Shown here in pieces: positions 37,225 through 45,760 of a stretch of DNA of 64,000 nucleotides. Each line of letters begins with the position of its first letter. The first letter of the stretch is position 1. The notes beneath the pieces are model-generated. The model was not told the DNA's origin. It did no database searches and worked only from the letters and a program-made list of their open reading frames with translations. The DNA comes from an uncultured delta proteobacterium (GTDB lineage Bacteria; Desulfobacterota; Desulfuromonadia; Geobacterales; Pseudopelobacteraceae), in NCBI GenBank assembly GCA_963772835.1, contig CAVYYZ010000006.1:32001-96000 (forward strand), given 5' to 3'. Made by a program: the position numbers and the translations under genes.

Positions 37225-37530
37225 ATGCAGGAAGAAATTTTCAATACAATGCAGGAAAGATATCAGAAGGGAATTTTTACTATACCTACGACATTCTACT
37301 TTTCCATCGATGATATCAAGAAGACGCTGACTCTGGATGACTCGGGGTGTACCGTTGAGGAGGGGAAAACGGTTGCAGACGCCGACTGTGTCTGCAAAAC
37401 CAGCGGGGAGATGTTCAGCAGGATCTGGAACGACGGGTACCGGCCGGGGATCATGGACTTCATGGGCGGCAGCATCAAGTCAAACGCTCCGCAACTTCTT
37501 CAGCAGTTTTTGGTCGCCTTTGGAAAGTAG
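37225..37530 (+). CDS. SCP2 sterol/lipid-carrier-like protein
   Basis: RBS GAGGAG; 101 aa; C.VEEG...ADCVCK...FMGGSIKSN...LQQF pattern; lipid-gene context. Confidence 0.65.
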   Translation: MQEEIFNTMQERYQKGIFTIPTTFYFSIDDIKKTLTLDDSGCTVEEGKTVADADCVCKTSGEMFSRIWNDGYRPGIMDFMGGSIKSNAPQLLQQFLVAFGK

Positions 37531-37730
37531 CCGGCGGCTGCGGCACTGCTATTCAAAATCACACCCTCTCCACAAATTTTCTCCGTCCGTCCCCGTTTAG
37601 ATTTTTCTGCCTGCGGCACTCAACAGTTAGCAGTTGTCTTCTGCTTTTTTTTAGCAGAAAATGACCTCCGGTATTATCACGAGTGCATCATCTATCCGTA
37701 ATTGCTCCACCTTCCAGGACACCGTTGCGT

Positions 37731-39962
37731 ATGAACTCAGCCAACGAACATATCCGGCAGGAACCATCAACATTGGCTGACGATCTATGGGGTGGATTGG
37801 CCGCTATGCTGGTGGCTCTTCCCTCATCAGTTGCCTTCGGCATACTGGTATACACGGCGCTGGGGCAGGAATACGCCGGCCAGGGGGCAATGGCCGGCCT
37901 GCTGGGTGCCGCCGCGCTCGGCATAGTGGCTCCGCTCATCGGCAGGACCGGGGGGCTGATCTCGGCGCCCTGCGCGCCGGCTGCCGCCATCCTGACGGCG
38001 CTGATCGCGAGCCTCCTTTCCGGTGAGGGCGGCACGAAGCTGGGGCCGGAAGCCATCATGCCGATGATAGCACTGGCCGCGCTGCTGTCGGCACTGTTTC
38101 AAACACTCTATGGTCTCCTCGGTGGCGGCCGGCTGATAAAATTCATCCCCTATCAAGTGGTGAACGGCTACCTCTCAGGAGTGGCACTGCTGATCGCAAT
38201 CGGCCAGCTCCCGAAACTGCTGGGGTTCCCTAAGGGGATAGACACCATTCAGGGTCTGATGTCACCCGGGTTGTGGAAATGGCAGGGCCTGGTCGTCGGG
38301 ATCGTCACCATGGTCGTAATGGCATCGGCACCACTCGTCACCAAAAAAATACCGGCTGTCATCCTTGGCCTGTTTGGCGGGATTATCGCCTATTTCGTGC
38401 TGGCCTCCTTTTCTGCCGGCCTGCTTGAACTGAACGGCAACCCGCTCATTATCGGACCACTCCAGACTTCCGGCTCTTTCCTGGATGCAGTCAGCAACCG
38501 GGCGCACTCGATGCTGCAGATTGACATCGCATCCCTGTCCCGGATCATGATTCCGGCACTGACACTGTCAGTGCTGCTCTCAATAGATACGCTCAAGACC
38601 TGCGTGGGGCTGGATGCCCTGACCCGCAGCCGCCATAACTCGAACCGCGAACTGATCGGACAGGGAATCGGCAACCTGGCGTCGTTCCTTGCCGGAGGGA
38701 TCCCGGGCGCCGGAACCATGGGGCCGACTCTGGTCAATGTCGCAAGTGGTGGACGCACTCCACGTTCGGGGGTCATCGAGGGCGTGTTTGTTGTACTGGC
38801 GCTGGTGCTTCTCAGCAACATGATCGCCTGGGTTCCGATCGGTTCCCTGGCCGGCATTCTGATGATGATCGCCTGGCGGATGTTTGACAAAAACATGTTT
38901 CACCTGCTGCGCCACCCTGCCGGCCGGCTCGACTTCTGCGTCATTGCCGTGGTGATTCTGGTTGCACTGGCCGTCGGCCTGATTGCGGCATCCGGTGCCG
39001 GCATCGCCATGGTGATACTGCTCTTTATACGCGATCAGGTGCGTGGTTCCGTCATACGCCGCAAGCGCTATCTCAACCAGATGTCATCCAAGACCCGCCG
39101 TCAGGCGGCCGAACGCGAAATTCTCATGCGTGACGGTGCGCAGGCGGTCTTCTGCGAGCTGCAGGGTAACCTGTTCTTCGGCACCACAGACCAGCTCTTC
39201 AGCCAGCTCGAGCCCGACCTTCGCACACGCCGCTTTCTGCTGCTCGATATGCGTCACGTCCAGTCCATCGACTACACGGCCGTTCATCTGTTCGAGCAGA
39301 TGCATGCCCAGCTGGCGGAGCGCGGCGGACAGTTGCTTTTCAGCGGCATGCCCTCCGGTATCCTGGAACAGCGTGATTTCGAACGCTACCTTGCTCAGAT
39401 GGGGCTGGTCCGTGAGGGGGACGGGGTCATGATAACCGAAACTCAGGACAGTGCCCTGGAATGGATGGAGGAGCGGATTCTGGAAGCGGCCGGCGTGACG
39501 GCCGCCGGCCAGGAAACTCTGTTGGAGTTGAAGGATTTCAGGCTGTTCCGGGAGTTCAGTGAGGACGATCTGGCTTCGCTTGCCGGCTGCATCGGCGAGC
39601 TTTCACTCAGACAGGGGGAAAAGGCCTTCAGCAGCGGAGATGCGGGGGACGAGCTGTTTCTGGTGCGGCGTGGAATTCTGCGGGTCCTGTTGCCGCTGGA
39701 GGGGGGGAAATATCACCACCTTGCCACCGTCTGCCAGGGGGGGGTAATCGGCGAACTGGCTTTTCTTGATCGCGGCATACGTTCCGCCGATGTTGATGCC
39801 AAGGTTGACACCGACCTCTACGTCCTTTCCCGATCCCGGTTCAACACATTGGCCCGGGCGAATGCCGCCATGGGTGTTCAGGTCTTTGCCCGACTGGCCC
39901 TTTCCATCGCCGAAAGCCTGCGCCAGACTGATGCCGAGTTGCGCGTCCTGGAAGAACGGTAA
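37731..39962 (+). CDS. SulP family anion transporter with STAS and cNMP-binding domains
   Basis: DLWGGL...ALP..VAFG, NRELIGQGIGN, STAS LQGNLFFG and DMRHVQSID, cNMP-domain GELAFLD...RSADV. Alternative GTG start at 37683. Confidence 0.88.
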   Translation: MNSANEHIRQEPSTLADDLWGGLAAMLVALPSSVAFGILVYTALGQEYAGQGAMAGLLGAAALGIVAPLIGRTGGLISAPCAPAAAILTALIASLLSGEGGTKLGPEAIMPMIALAALLSALFQTLYGLLGGGRLIKFIPYQVVNGYLSGVALLIAIGQLPKLLGFPKGIDTIQGLMSPGLWKWQGLVVGIVTMVVMASAPLVTKKIPAVILGLFGGIIAYFVLASFSAGLLELNGNPLIIGPLQTSGSFLDAVSNRAHSMLQIDIASLSRIMIPALTLSVLLSIDTLKTCVGLDALTRSRHNSNRELIGQGIGNLASFLAGGIPGAGTMGPTLVNVASGGRTPRSGVIEGVFVVLALVLLSNMIAWVPIGSLAGILMMIAWRMFDKNMFHLLRHPAGRLDFCVIAVVILVALAVGLIAASGAGIAMVILLFIRDQVRGSVIRRKRYLNQMSSKTRRQAAEREILMRDGAQAVFCELQGNLFFGTTDQLFSQLEPDLRTRRFLLLDMRHVQSIDYTAVHLFEQMHAQLAERGGQLLFSGMPSGILEQRDFERYLAQMGLVREGDGVMITETQDSALEWMEERILEAAGVTAAGQETLLELKDFRLFREFSEDDLASLAGCIGELSLRQGEKAFSSGDAGDELFLVRRGILRVLLPLEGGKYHHLATVCQGGVIGELAFLDRGIRSADVDAKVDTDLYVLSRSRFNTLARANAAMGVQVFARLALSIAESLRQTDAELRVLEER

Positions 39963-39992
39963 TCAGTCTGGCGCATAAGTGACCTCATTCAA

Positions 39993-40847
39993 TCAGAGTC
40001 CCAACGACTCCGGTTTTTTGCCTGCATCAGGGAAAAACAGGGGTGCGCCGAATGTATCAACACCGAACCGGCCGATAATCTTCTGGGTCTTCTGTGCAAC
40101 CATGAAATCGGCAAATAACCTCCCTCCCTGCGCATTTACTTTGGGCCATTTGACTGCGTTAAGTTCGATCACGTGATAGATATTAAGCAGTTTGCCATCC
40201 CCCTCCACCAGAATCTCCAGTCCCAGATTTTTTTTCAGTGACAGGTACGTAGCGCGATCAGTAAGAGTATAACCCTTTTTTTCTGCTGCTACATTCAACG
40301 TCTGCCCCATGCCAAGGCCTGTCTGCTGGTACCACTTCTGCCCTTCCGGGTTCACTGCAGCACCTTTCCAGAGCCCTTTTTCCTTGGCATTAGTCCCGGA
40401 ATTGTCACCGCGGGAAAGAAATAGCGACGCGGATTTAGCAATCAGCTTCATGGCATCAGCGGCAGAAGCGCCTTTGATCTTCGCCGGATCAGAAGCCGGG
40501 CCGACTATGATGAAGTCGTTGTGCATCACCAGGCGTCGCGTGACGCCAAAACCTTCATCCATAAACTTTTTCTCGGCAGCGGGGGAATGAACAAGCAATA
40601 CATCTGCCTCCCCTTTTTCCCCCATCTTCATGGCCTGGCCGGAACCGACCGAAATAGTTTTGACCTGAAGGCCGCTCTCCTTCTCGAACATGGGCACGAG
40701 TACATCCAGCAGCCCGGAATCCTGAGTGCTGGTTGTGGTAGCCAGAATGACCGTTTTAGAGGCGGCCAGAGCTGAAACCGTTGTAGTCAGCATTACAATG
40801 GCAGCAAAGAGTAGTAATACACGGGAAGACAAGCGGAAACTTTTCAT
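39993..40847 (-). CDS. tupA: Tungstate ABC transporter substrate-binding protein
   Basis: ATTTSTQDSGLL, VGSGQA, DVLLVH, MHNDFIIVGP..DPA, SRGDNSGT, GMGQTL, TDRATY. Confidence 0.88.
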   Translation of the reverse strand: MKSFRLSSRVLLLFAAIVMLTTTVSALAASKTVILATTTSTQDSGLLDVLVPMFEKESGLQVKTISVGSGQAMKMGEKGEADVLLVHSPAAEKKFMDEGFGVTRRLVMHNDFIIVGPASDPAKIKGASAADAMKLIAKSASLFLSRGDNSGTNAKEKGLWKGAAVNPEGQKWYQQTGLGMGQTLNVAAEKKGYTLTDRATYLSLKKNLGLEILVEGDGKLLNIYHVIELNAVKWPKVNAQGGRLFADFMVAQKTQKIIGRFGVDTFGAPLFFPDAGKKPESLGL

Positions 40848-40873
40848 TTTGATCTCCTTTTTGATAGCGCAAT

Positions 40874-41719
40874 TTATTTTTTGGGATGTTGAGCGTGCCA
40901 TTCTCTGGAATCTGGAAAGAACAGCTGGGCACCAAATCGGTCAACGCCAAATTCTGCAATTATTTTCTGCCCCTTGGATGGGTTCGTGAGCCAGTTGACA
41001 AAATCGGCCGAATCCTTGCTGTTGACGTTCGGGAACTTTTTCTGACTGACAGGAATGAGCGAAATGCGGTTCAATAGCGATTCATCGCCTTCAACGAGGA
41101 TCTCAAGTTTCAGCTCTTTTTTTATCGATAGATACGTGGCACGATCAATAAAGGTATATGCTCCGGTACTGTTTGCAAAGCGTAGCGTAGCGACATTTCC
41201 CTCGTTCCCTTTTTCATAAACTTTGTACCAGGCGCCGGAAGGCTTCAGTCCGGCTTTTGTCCAAAGCTCGCTCTCCGCAACATGGGTACCCGATTTATCG
41301 CCACGACTGATAAAGGTACCAGATTTTTCAGCTATGTTACTGAGCGCAGCGGTTGCCGACTTCATGCCGCGAATCCCGGCGGGATCAGATGCCGGTCCGA
41401 CAATGACGAAATCATTGTACATGAGGGGAATACGCTCAGTTCCGAAGCCTGAGGCGACAAACTTCTCCTCCAGAGAACGGGCATGCACCATTACCAGATC
41501 GATGCTCCCCTTTTCAGAAATTTTGAGGGCCGCTCCGGTTCCTGCACCAACGTGCCGTACCCTCACGCCGGTTTCCTTTTCAAAAGCATCTTCAAGTGTT
41601 GTAACGATACCGGCGTCAATAGGGCCGATTGTGCTGGCCAGCATGACAAAGCCTTTTTCGGCATATACCGTTGTTGAGCAGATGCCAAGCAGTGCCGCTG
41701 CCGCGATTAATCGTTTCAT
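40874..41719 (-). CDS. TupA-like substrate-binding protein, variant binding motif
   Basis: Paralogue of 39993-40847 (MYNDFVIVGP.SDPAG, SRGDKSGTH, DRATY) but with ASTIGPIDAG in place of ATTTSTQDSG. Confidence 0.8.
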   Translation of the reverse strand: MKRLIAAAALLGICSTTVYAEKGFVMLASTIGPIDAGIVTTLEDAFEKETGVRVRHVGAGTGAALKISEKGSIDLVMVHARSLEEKFVASGFGTERIPLMYNDFVIVGPASDPAGIRGMKSATAALSNIAEKSGTFISRGDKSGTHVAESELWTKAGLKPSGAWYKVYEKGNEGNVATLRFANSTGAYTFIDRATYLSIKKELKLEILVEGDESLLNRISLIPVSQKKFPNVNSKDSADFVNWLTNPSKGQKIIAEFGVDRFGAQLFFPDSREWHAQHPKK

Positions 41720-41731
41720 TTCTGCCCCTCC

Positions 41732-43210
41732 TTATTTGATTTTCTTTGTAATGATGGTGCTTGCGCCCTTGCTGAAAACACCTTCTTTCTGCGTCTGTTC
41801 CAGCATTACCAGCTCTTTGCGCTCACTGTCGATAAAGTAGTCGGCAAGATAATTGGGAGACTCCATCGTATGCCACCGTTCTTCCAGACTGACGCCATTC
41901 CAGGAAAAAGCGGTGACGGAATTCTTGTTGTATGAGCGGTGATTTCCGACTGAAAGTGTACCGCCGTTTTGCGGCACAATGAGTTCTCCTTCGGGCGAAA
42001 TGATGATTCTCTGTTCAATAAAGCGCCAGCGATAGCGATCAAGGGCGATGTTCTGGATCTGCTGTTCATCCCGCAGAAAGTACGTTTCGCTGCCGCCGAC
42101 ATGATCGGCGCTTTTCCACAACTCCTTGCCCGCTTCGTCAGTGACATGAAGCACTCTGTCTCTGTCAATGTACGCAGTCCGCTGTTTTCCCTCCCGATCA
42201 ATAAAAAAATTAAACGAAAAAATATCTGCGTGTTTAGGCAGCTTGATGGACTCTCCCAATGAATACGCCGCACCCCTTTTTACTACCAGTCGCACATCAC
42301 CATAAAAATCTTCAGTTCCTCTCCCGGCGTGCTGGGCAATAAGTTTCCTGTTCTGTCCGTACAGACCAACGGCTCTGAAAAAGAAGGGGAGCCTGTCAGC
42401 AATGGGAGTAAATCCCTGTTCAGTAACTGTCAACGCAAACGATACCAGTTCCTCGCGGTCAACCACGGTAACGTACGCTTCCAGAACGCCATCGTTGTCG
42501 ACATCAGCCGTATCAACAGCCAAAATCTTCCCTTCTGTCTTAATAACATATTCGGCAATCTTTTTGAGGGAGTCTGTCTGGCGGTACAGATACACTCCTC
42601 TGGCATCGGCAACCACAAATTCACGCTCTTTTCCGGGAAGAGGGCGACCGGGGGCAATGCCGATCAACGTGCCCTCGATGCGGGTCTGCTGCACTACCGG
42701 TTGGGTAACAGGATCAACTTGCACTGCGGGGTCCGGGGTAACATGCAAACCGGTGGCCACAGCTGATACAGGGACAATCGGCGCCATCAGCGCTGCCGCA
42801 GGAGCAGGAACCGCCGGGTGTTTGACGGGCAGCAACGGCCGCAGCTGGTCGGCCAGTTTACCAAGCGCCGGGATCAAGTCATTCGGGCTTTCCCCCTGAA
42901 CATAGCGCTGGCCGAGCATTTCACCTGCAGAATTTTTTACGGAAGCATCGACGCTGAATGTCTTGCCAAAGGAAGAATAGCTAGCGGTAATCTTCGCTAT
43001 GACACCATCTGCACTATCGACCACAATTACATCGTCTGAGGCGATGCGCGACGACAGCAGGTTTTTCAGCACGGTTTTCATATCGGCCGCATTTTCAGTG
43101 CCGGTAACAGTGAATTCTTCCACCTGAATTTTTTGCGCGGCAGCCAGGGCATTACCGACAGGAACATTGAAAACTAAAACTATAACAAGGACCAGATGAC
43201 TAGGTTTCAT
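41732..43210 (-). CDS. Exported FG-GAP/VCBS-repeat protein
   Basis: Signal peptide, N-terminal domain, Pro/Ala linker, ADVDNDGVLE Ca-binding-type motif. Confidence 0.6.
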   Translation of the reverse strand: MKPSHLVLVIVLVFNVPVGNALAAAQKIQVEEFTVTGTENAADMKTVLKNLLSSRIASDDVIVVDSADGVIAKITASYSSFGKTFSVDASVKNSAGEMLGQRYVQGESPNDLIPALGKLADQLRPLLPVKHPAVPAPAAALMAPIVPVSAVATGLHVTPDPAVQVDPVTQPVVQQTRIEGTLIGIAPGRPLPGKEREFVVADARGVYLYRQTDSLKKIAEYVIKTEGKILAVDTADVDNDGVLEAYVTVVDREELVSFALTVTEQGFTPIADRLPFFFRAVGLYGQNRKLIAQHAGRGTEDFYGDVRLVVKRGAAYSLGESIKLPKHADIFSFNFFIDREGKQRTAYIDRDRVLHVTDEAGKELWKSADHVGGSETYFLRDEQQIQNIALDRYRWRFIEQRIIISPEGELIVPQNGGTLSVGNHRSYNKNSVTAFSWNGVSLEERWHTMESPNYLADYFIDSERKELVMLEQTQKEGVFSKGASTIITKKIK

Positions 43211-43243
43211 ACCACTCCTCGACGGCTTTCTTCGTTTGAGAAG

Positions 43244-43274
43244 AAAGGCGAATCACATTATGCAATTCGCCTTT
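43244..43274 (-). terminator. Hairpin after porin gene (terminator/attenuator)
   Basis: AAAGGCGAAT-N11-ATTCGCCTTT. Confidence 0.5.
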
Positions 43275-43296
43275 ATCGTCCGCCAACAGTATCAAA

Positions 43297-44613
43297 TCAG
43301 AATGTGTAGCTCAACTGCAGATTGAGAGCGTATGGATCATCGGCATTTTTTACACCGAAGCCGGCAATACGGTCACCAGTAGTGCTGCTGTTCATGCCAT
43401 CGCCGAGGAATGCATAAGCCAGCGCGGCACTGACACTTACGTTATCCAACATTTTGTAACCAATCTGAGCATTAAGTTCCGTACCGATGGACCTTTTCTC
43501 GCTGTTACGTTTTTCAGCAGTCTGGGCATAGCCAACGTTGGCGTTATAGAACATTTTGCCCATGGTGCCTTCGTAGCCGGCAAAAGCAGCAACAAGTCCG
43601 CGACCACCAACGGTCAGATCGTTACCAAGTACAGAATTAGAAGAGTTTATATACTGGCCGTTACGTACCAGTAACCACATGTTTGCGGGAACAAAGTATG
43701 TGGTTCCGGTAGTGATAGCTGTAAATGATTTCTCTTTGGAAGTTCCGTTGCTATCGCCGGAGAGATAGATGGCGGACAGGTTAACAGCCCCCGGTCCGAC
43801 TTTGGTTTTCGAAACTGCGCCAAGCAGGTACCCCTTCAAATCTGTCGTGGCGGTTCTGTCGCCAAACTGAAAGGCCACAAACGGCTTGATATTGGCAGGG
43901 CCGGCTTTGATGTCAGCATCCAGACCAACCATATGAAGTCGGTCAAACGCCGGAATTGTTGTTGTAGAGTCGTTATTGAGATAGTAGTAGGAAGCGCCCA
44001 CCGTCAAATTCTTGCCGACAGTATATTTACCCCCGGCAACGAACAGGTCGGCTGTTTTCCGGCCGACTTCAGCGACAGTTGCGGTGTTATCATCAAAACG
44101 GAACCAGCCAAGTGACGCCGTCGTGGGGCCAAAGTTTTTTGTCGCGTGGGCGCCGGTCATATCAGCAATTAAAAACAGACCCTGATATGAGTCCGCCCAT
44201 GGCTGCATACCGAGTTTTACATTAGCACCGGTGAGCGGGTCGTTAAAGTCGACGTATATGTTTTTGGTTTCGAGTGTTAACTGATCGGCATCAAGGTTAC
44301 CGGAATCATTGCCGGTTGTCCCCTTGTAACCACCGGTAACACCGCCAAAACGTGAATCCAGCTCAAAATAGGTCACCAGCTTAAAATCGGCATTGGCTTT
44401 TGCTGTGTACTGTAGTCGGGCACGCTGTTCAGCCATAAAGCCTGATTTACTGTCGGCACTGAGTCCTGCATTCATTCCGTTAATAAAATTCGTCTGGTAG
44501 CCCATGAATTTGTACATACCATGAAATTCGTTTTCCAATGCCATAGCCGGCACTGAAATTGCCCCAAAGACCCCTGCTGCTGTTGCGATTGCTGCTGCTT
44601 TTTTGAAGTTCAT
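43297..44613 (-). CDS. Outer-membrane beta-barrel porin (Geobacter OmpJ-like)
   Basis: Signal peptide ...PAMALENEFHG; EQRARL.Y; amphipathic strands; C-terminal LSYTF. Confidence 0.78.
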   Translation of the reverse strand: MNFKKAAAIATAAGVFGAISVPAMALENEFHGMYKFMGYQTNFINGMNAGLSADSKSGFMAEQRARLQYTAKANADFKLVTYFELDSRFGGVTGGYKGTTGNDSGNLDADQLTLETKNIYVDFNDPLTGANVKLGMQPWADSYQGLFLIADMTGAHATKNFGPTTASLGWFRFDDNTATVAEVGRKTADLFVAGGKYTVGKNLTVGASYYYLNNDSTTTIPAFDRLHMVGLDADIKAGPANIKPFVAFQFGDRTATTDLKGYLLGAVSKTKVGPGAVNLSAIYLSGDSNGTSKEKSFTAITTGTTYFVPANMWLLVRNGQYINSSNSVLGNDLTVGGRGLVAAFAGYEGTMGKMFYNANVGYAQTAEKRNSEKRSIGTELNAQIGYKMLDNVSVSAALAYAFLGDGMNSSTTGDRIAGFGVKNADDPYALNLQLSYTF

Positions 44614-44698
44614 CCGTGTTCCCCCTTTTTATTGGTGTTGCTACAAAATATCAGGCGCTTATCAGGTCATTTCCCGTTGATATAAATAGGTTCTTGCT

Positions 44699-45094
44699 TC
44701 AGCAAACGGATTCGACAAATTGCTCGCTCTTGGTTATAGTTGACATTCTTTTCAGCCGGGCGATCCCCGATTTGCATGCCTCAAAGCTGTCTTCGCTGTT
44801 TGGAGAGCTGACTGCCACAAGAGAGATGATCTCTCCGACAGCAAGACTTCCGGCCCGCCGGATCAACAGCACATCCTCAAGTTTCCAGGATTGTTTCAGC
44901 TCCCCGGCAATACCCTCCAGCTCCATAATGGTGTCATTCCCCTGGGCCCGGTACTCAATAGAGGCCGTTGATTTCACCGAACCGGCCTGTTTCTTGACTA
45001 CCGCGTAATGCATTACAACTGAACCGGAATAAGTCGCGTAAATCGAATTGTAGATTGTTGCCGGATCGATGGGGTTCTCAACTAATGTAACCAT
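44699..45094 (-). CDS. moaE: MoaE-like protein (molybdopterin synthase large subunit fold), degenerate active site
   Basis: PID, SGSVV.HYAVVK, IEY, G.L.VGEII.LVAVSS, FEAC....RLK...TKSE; lies behind Moco-type riboswitches. Confidence 0.7.
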   Translation of the reverse strand: MVTLVENPIDPATIYNSIYATYSGSVVMHYAVVKKQAGSVKSTASIEYRAQGNDTIMELEGIAGELKQSWKLEDVLLIRRAGSLAVGEIISLVAVSSPNSEDSFEACKSGIARLKRMSTITKSEQFVESVC

Positions 45095-45127
45095 ATAAAA
45101 GGTTCCCTTTTGCGGCTGTTGGAATAA

Positions 45128-45163
45128 TAGAAAAGAAGCCCCTTCTCAAGATAGAAAAGGGGC
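45128..45163 (-). terminator. Intrinsic terminator of proximal riboswitch expression platform
   Basis: Minus strand GCCCCTTTTC-tatctt-GAGAAGGGGC followed by TTCTTTTCT. Confidence 0.8.
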
Positions 45164-45197
45164 GCGGGCGGACCACCGTCGGTGGCACGTCAAGCAC

Positions 45198-45300
45198 GAG
45201 TTCCCCTTTTCAAAGGAGGGCGGCGCTGTTTCCGGCGACACCCGCAGGTCGAACGCCATGAGGATTTTTCCCTGGTAGGCGCAACAACTCGGAGACTGGC
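45198..45300 (-). ncRNA. Moco RNA motif riboswitch, P3-less (Tuco-type), proximal copy
   Basis: Minus strand GTCTCCGAG...GCCTA...CATGGC...GGGTGTCGCCGGAAACAGCGCCGCCCTCC.TTGAAAAGGGGAAC; upstream of moaE and tupA. Confidence 0.85.
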
Positions 45301-45317
45301 TAATTGTGATGTGAATA

Positions 45318-45352
45318 CAAACAAAAGCCCCTTCTCAAGATAGAAAAGGGGC
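45318..45352 (-). terminator. Intrinsic terminator of distal riboswitch expression platform
   Basis: Same hairpin followed by TTTTGTTT. Confidence 0.8.
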
Positions 45353-45386
45353 GCGGGCGGACCACCGTCGGTGGCACGTCAAGCAC

Positions 45387-45489
45387 GAGTTCCCCTTTTC
45401 AAAGGAGGGCAGCGCTGTTTCCGGCGACACCCGCAGGTCGTACGCCATGAGGATTTTTCCCTGGTAGGCGCGACAACTCGGAGACTGGC
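45387..45489 (-). ncRNA. Moco RNA motif riboswitch, P3-less (Tuco-type), distal copy
   Basis: Direct repeat of the proximal copy at offset 189 bp; 3 differences in 165 bp. Confidence 0.85.
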
Positions 45490-45502
45490 AAAATGTGGCG
45501 GA

Positions 45503-45531
45503 ACGATAGCGGAATCACCATCCGCTGTCAA
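45503..45531 (-). promoter_or_regulatory. Sigma-70 promoter for the riboswitch-moaE-porin-tupA operon
   Basis: Minus strand TTGACA (45531-45526), 17 bp, TATCGT (45508-45503); transcription would start just 5' of the distal aptamer. Confidence 0.7.
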
Positions 45532-45760
45532 TCGTTTCTTGAATGCATGTTTCTTGAATGCAGCGGTAATGTGTACTCTGCGTGCCTCTGCCCATGCCGC
45601 TAGATGAAGATCTTTCACGTCGCGCAGTTTTCTTTTATACATTCAGACTGACCCGGTATCCAGGACGTTTTCCATGCGTTTGCGGCGTCCACTTTATCAG
45701 TGTGGCTCACTTCGCATTTTATTGACAGTACGGGCCATTGACGGTTATTGTTTCCACCCG

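Noticed and set aside
45136..45642. CRISPR array, or the short ORFs 45371-45607 and 45379-45642
   Set aside because: There are only two 165-bp units, no spacers and no cas genes. The region is explained by tandem riboswitches and their promoter.
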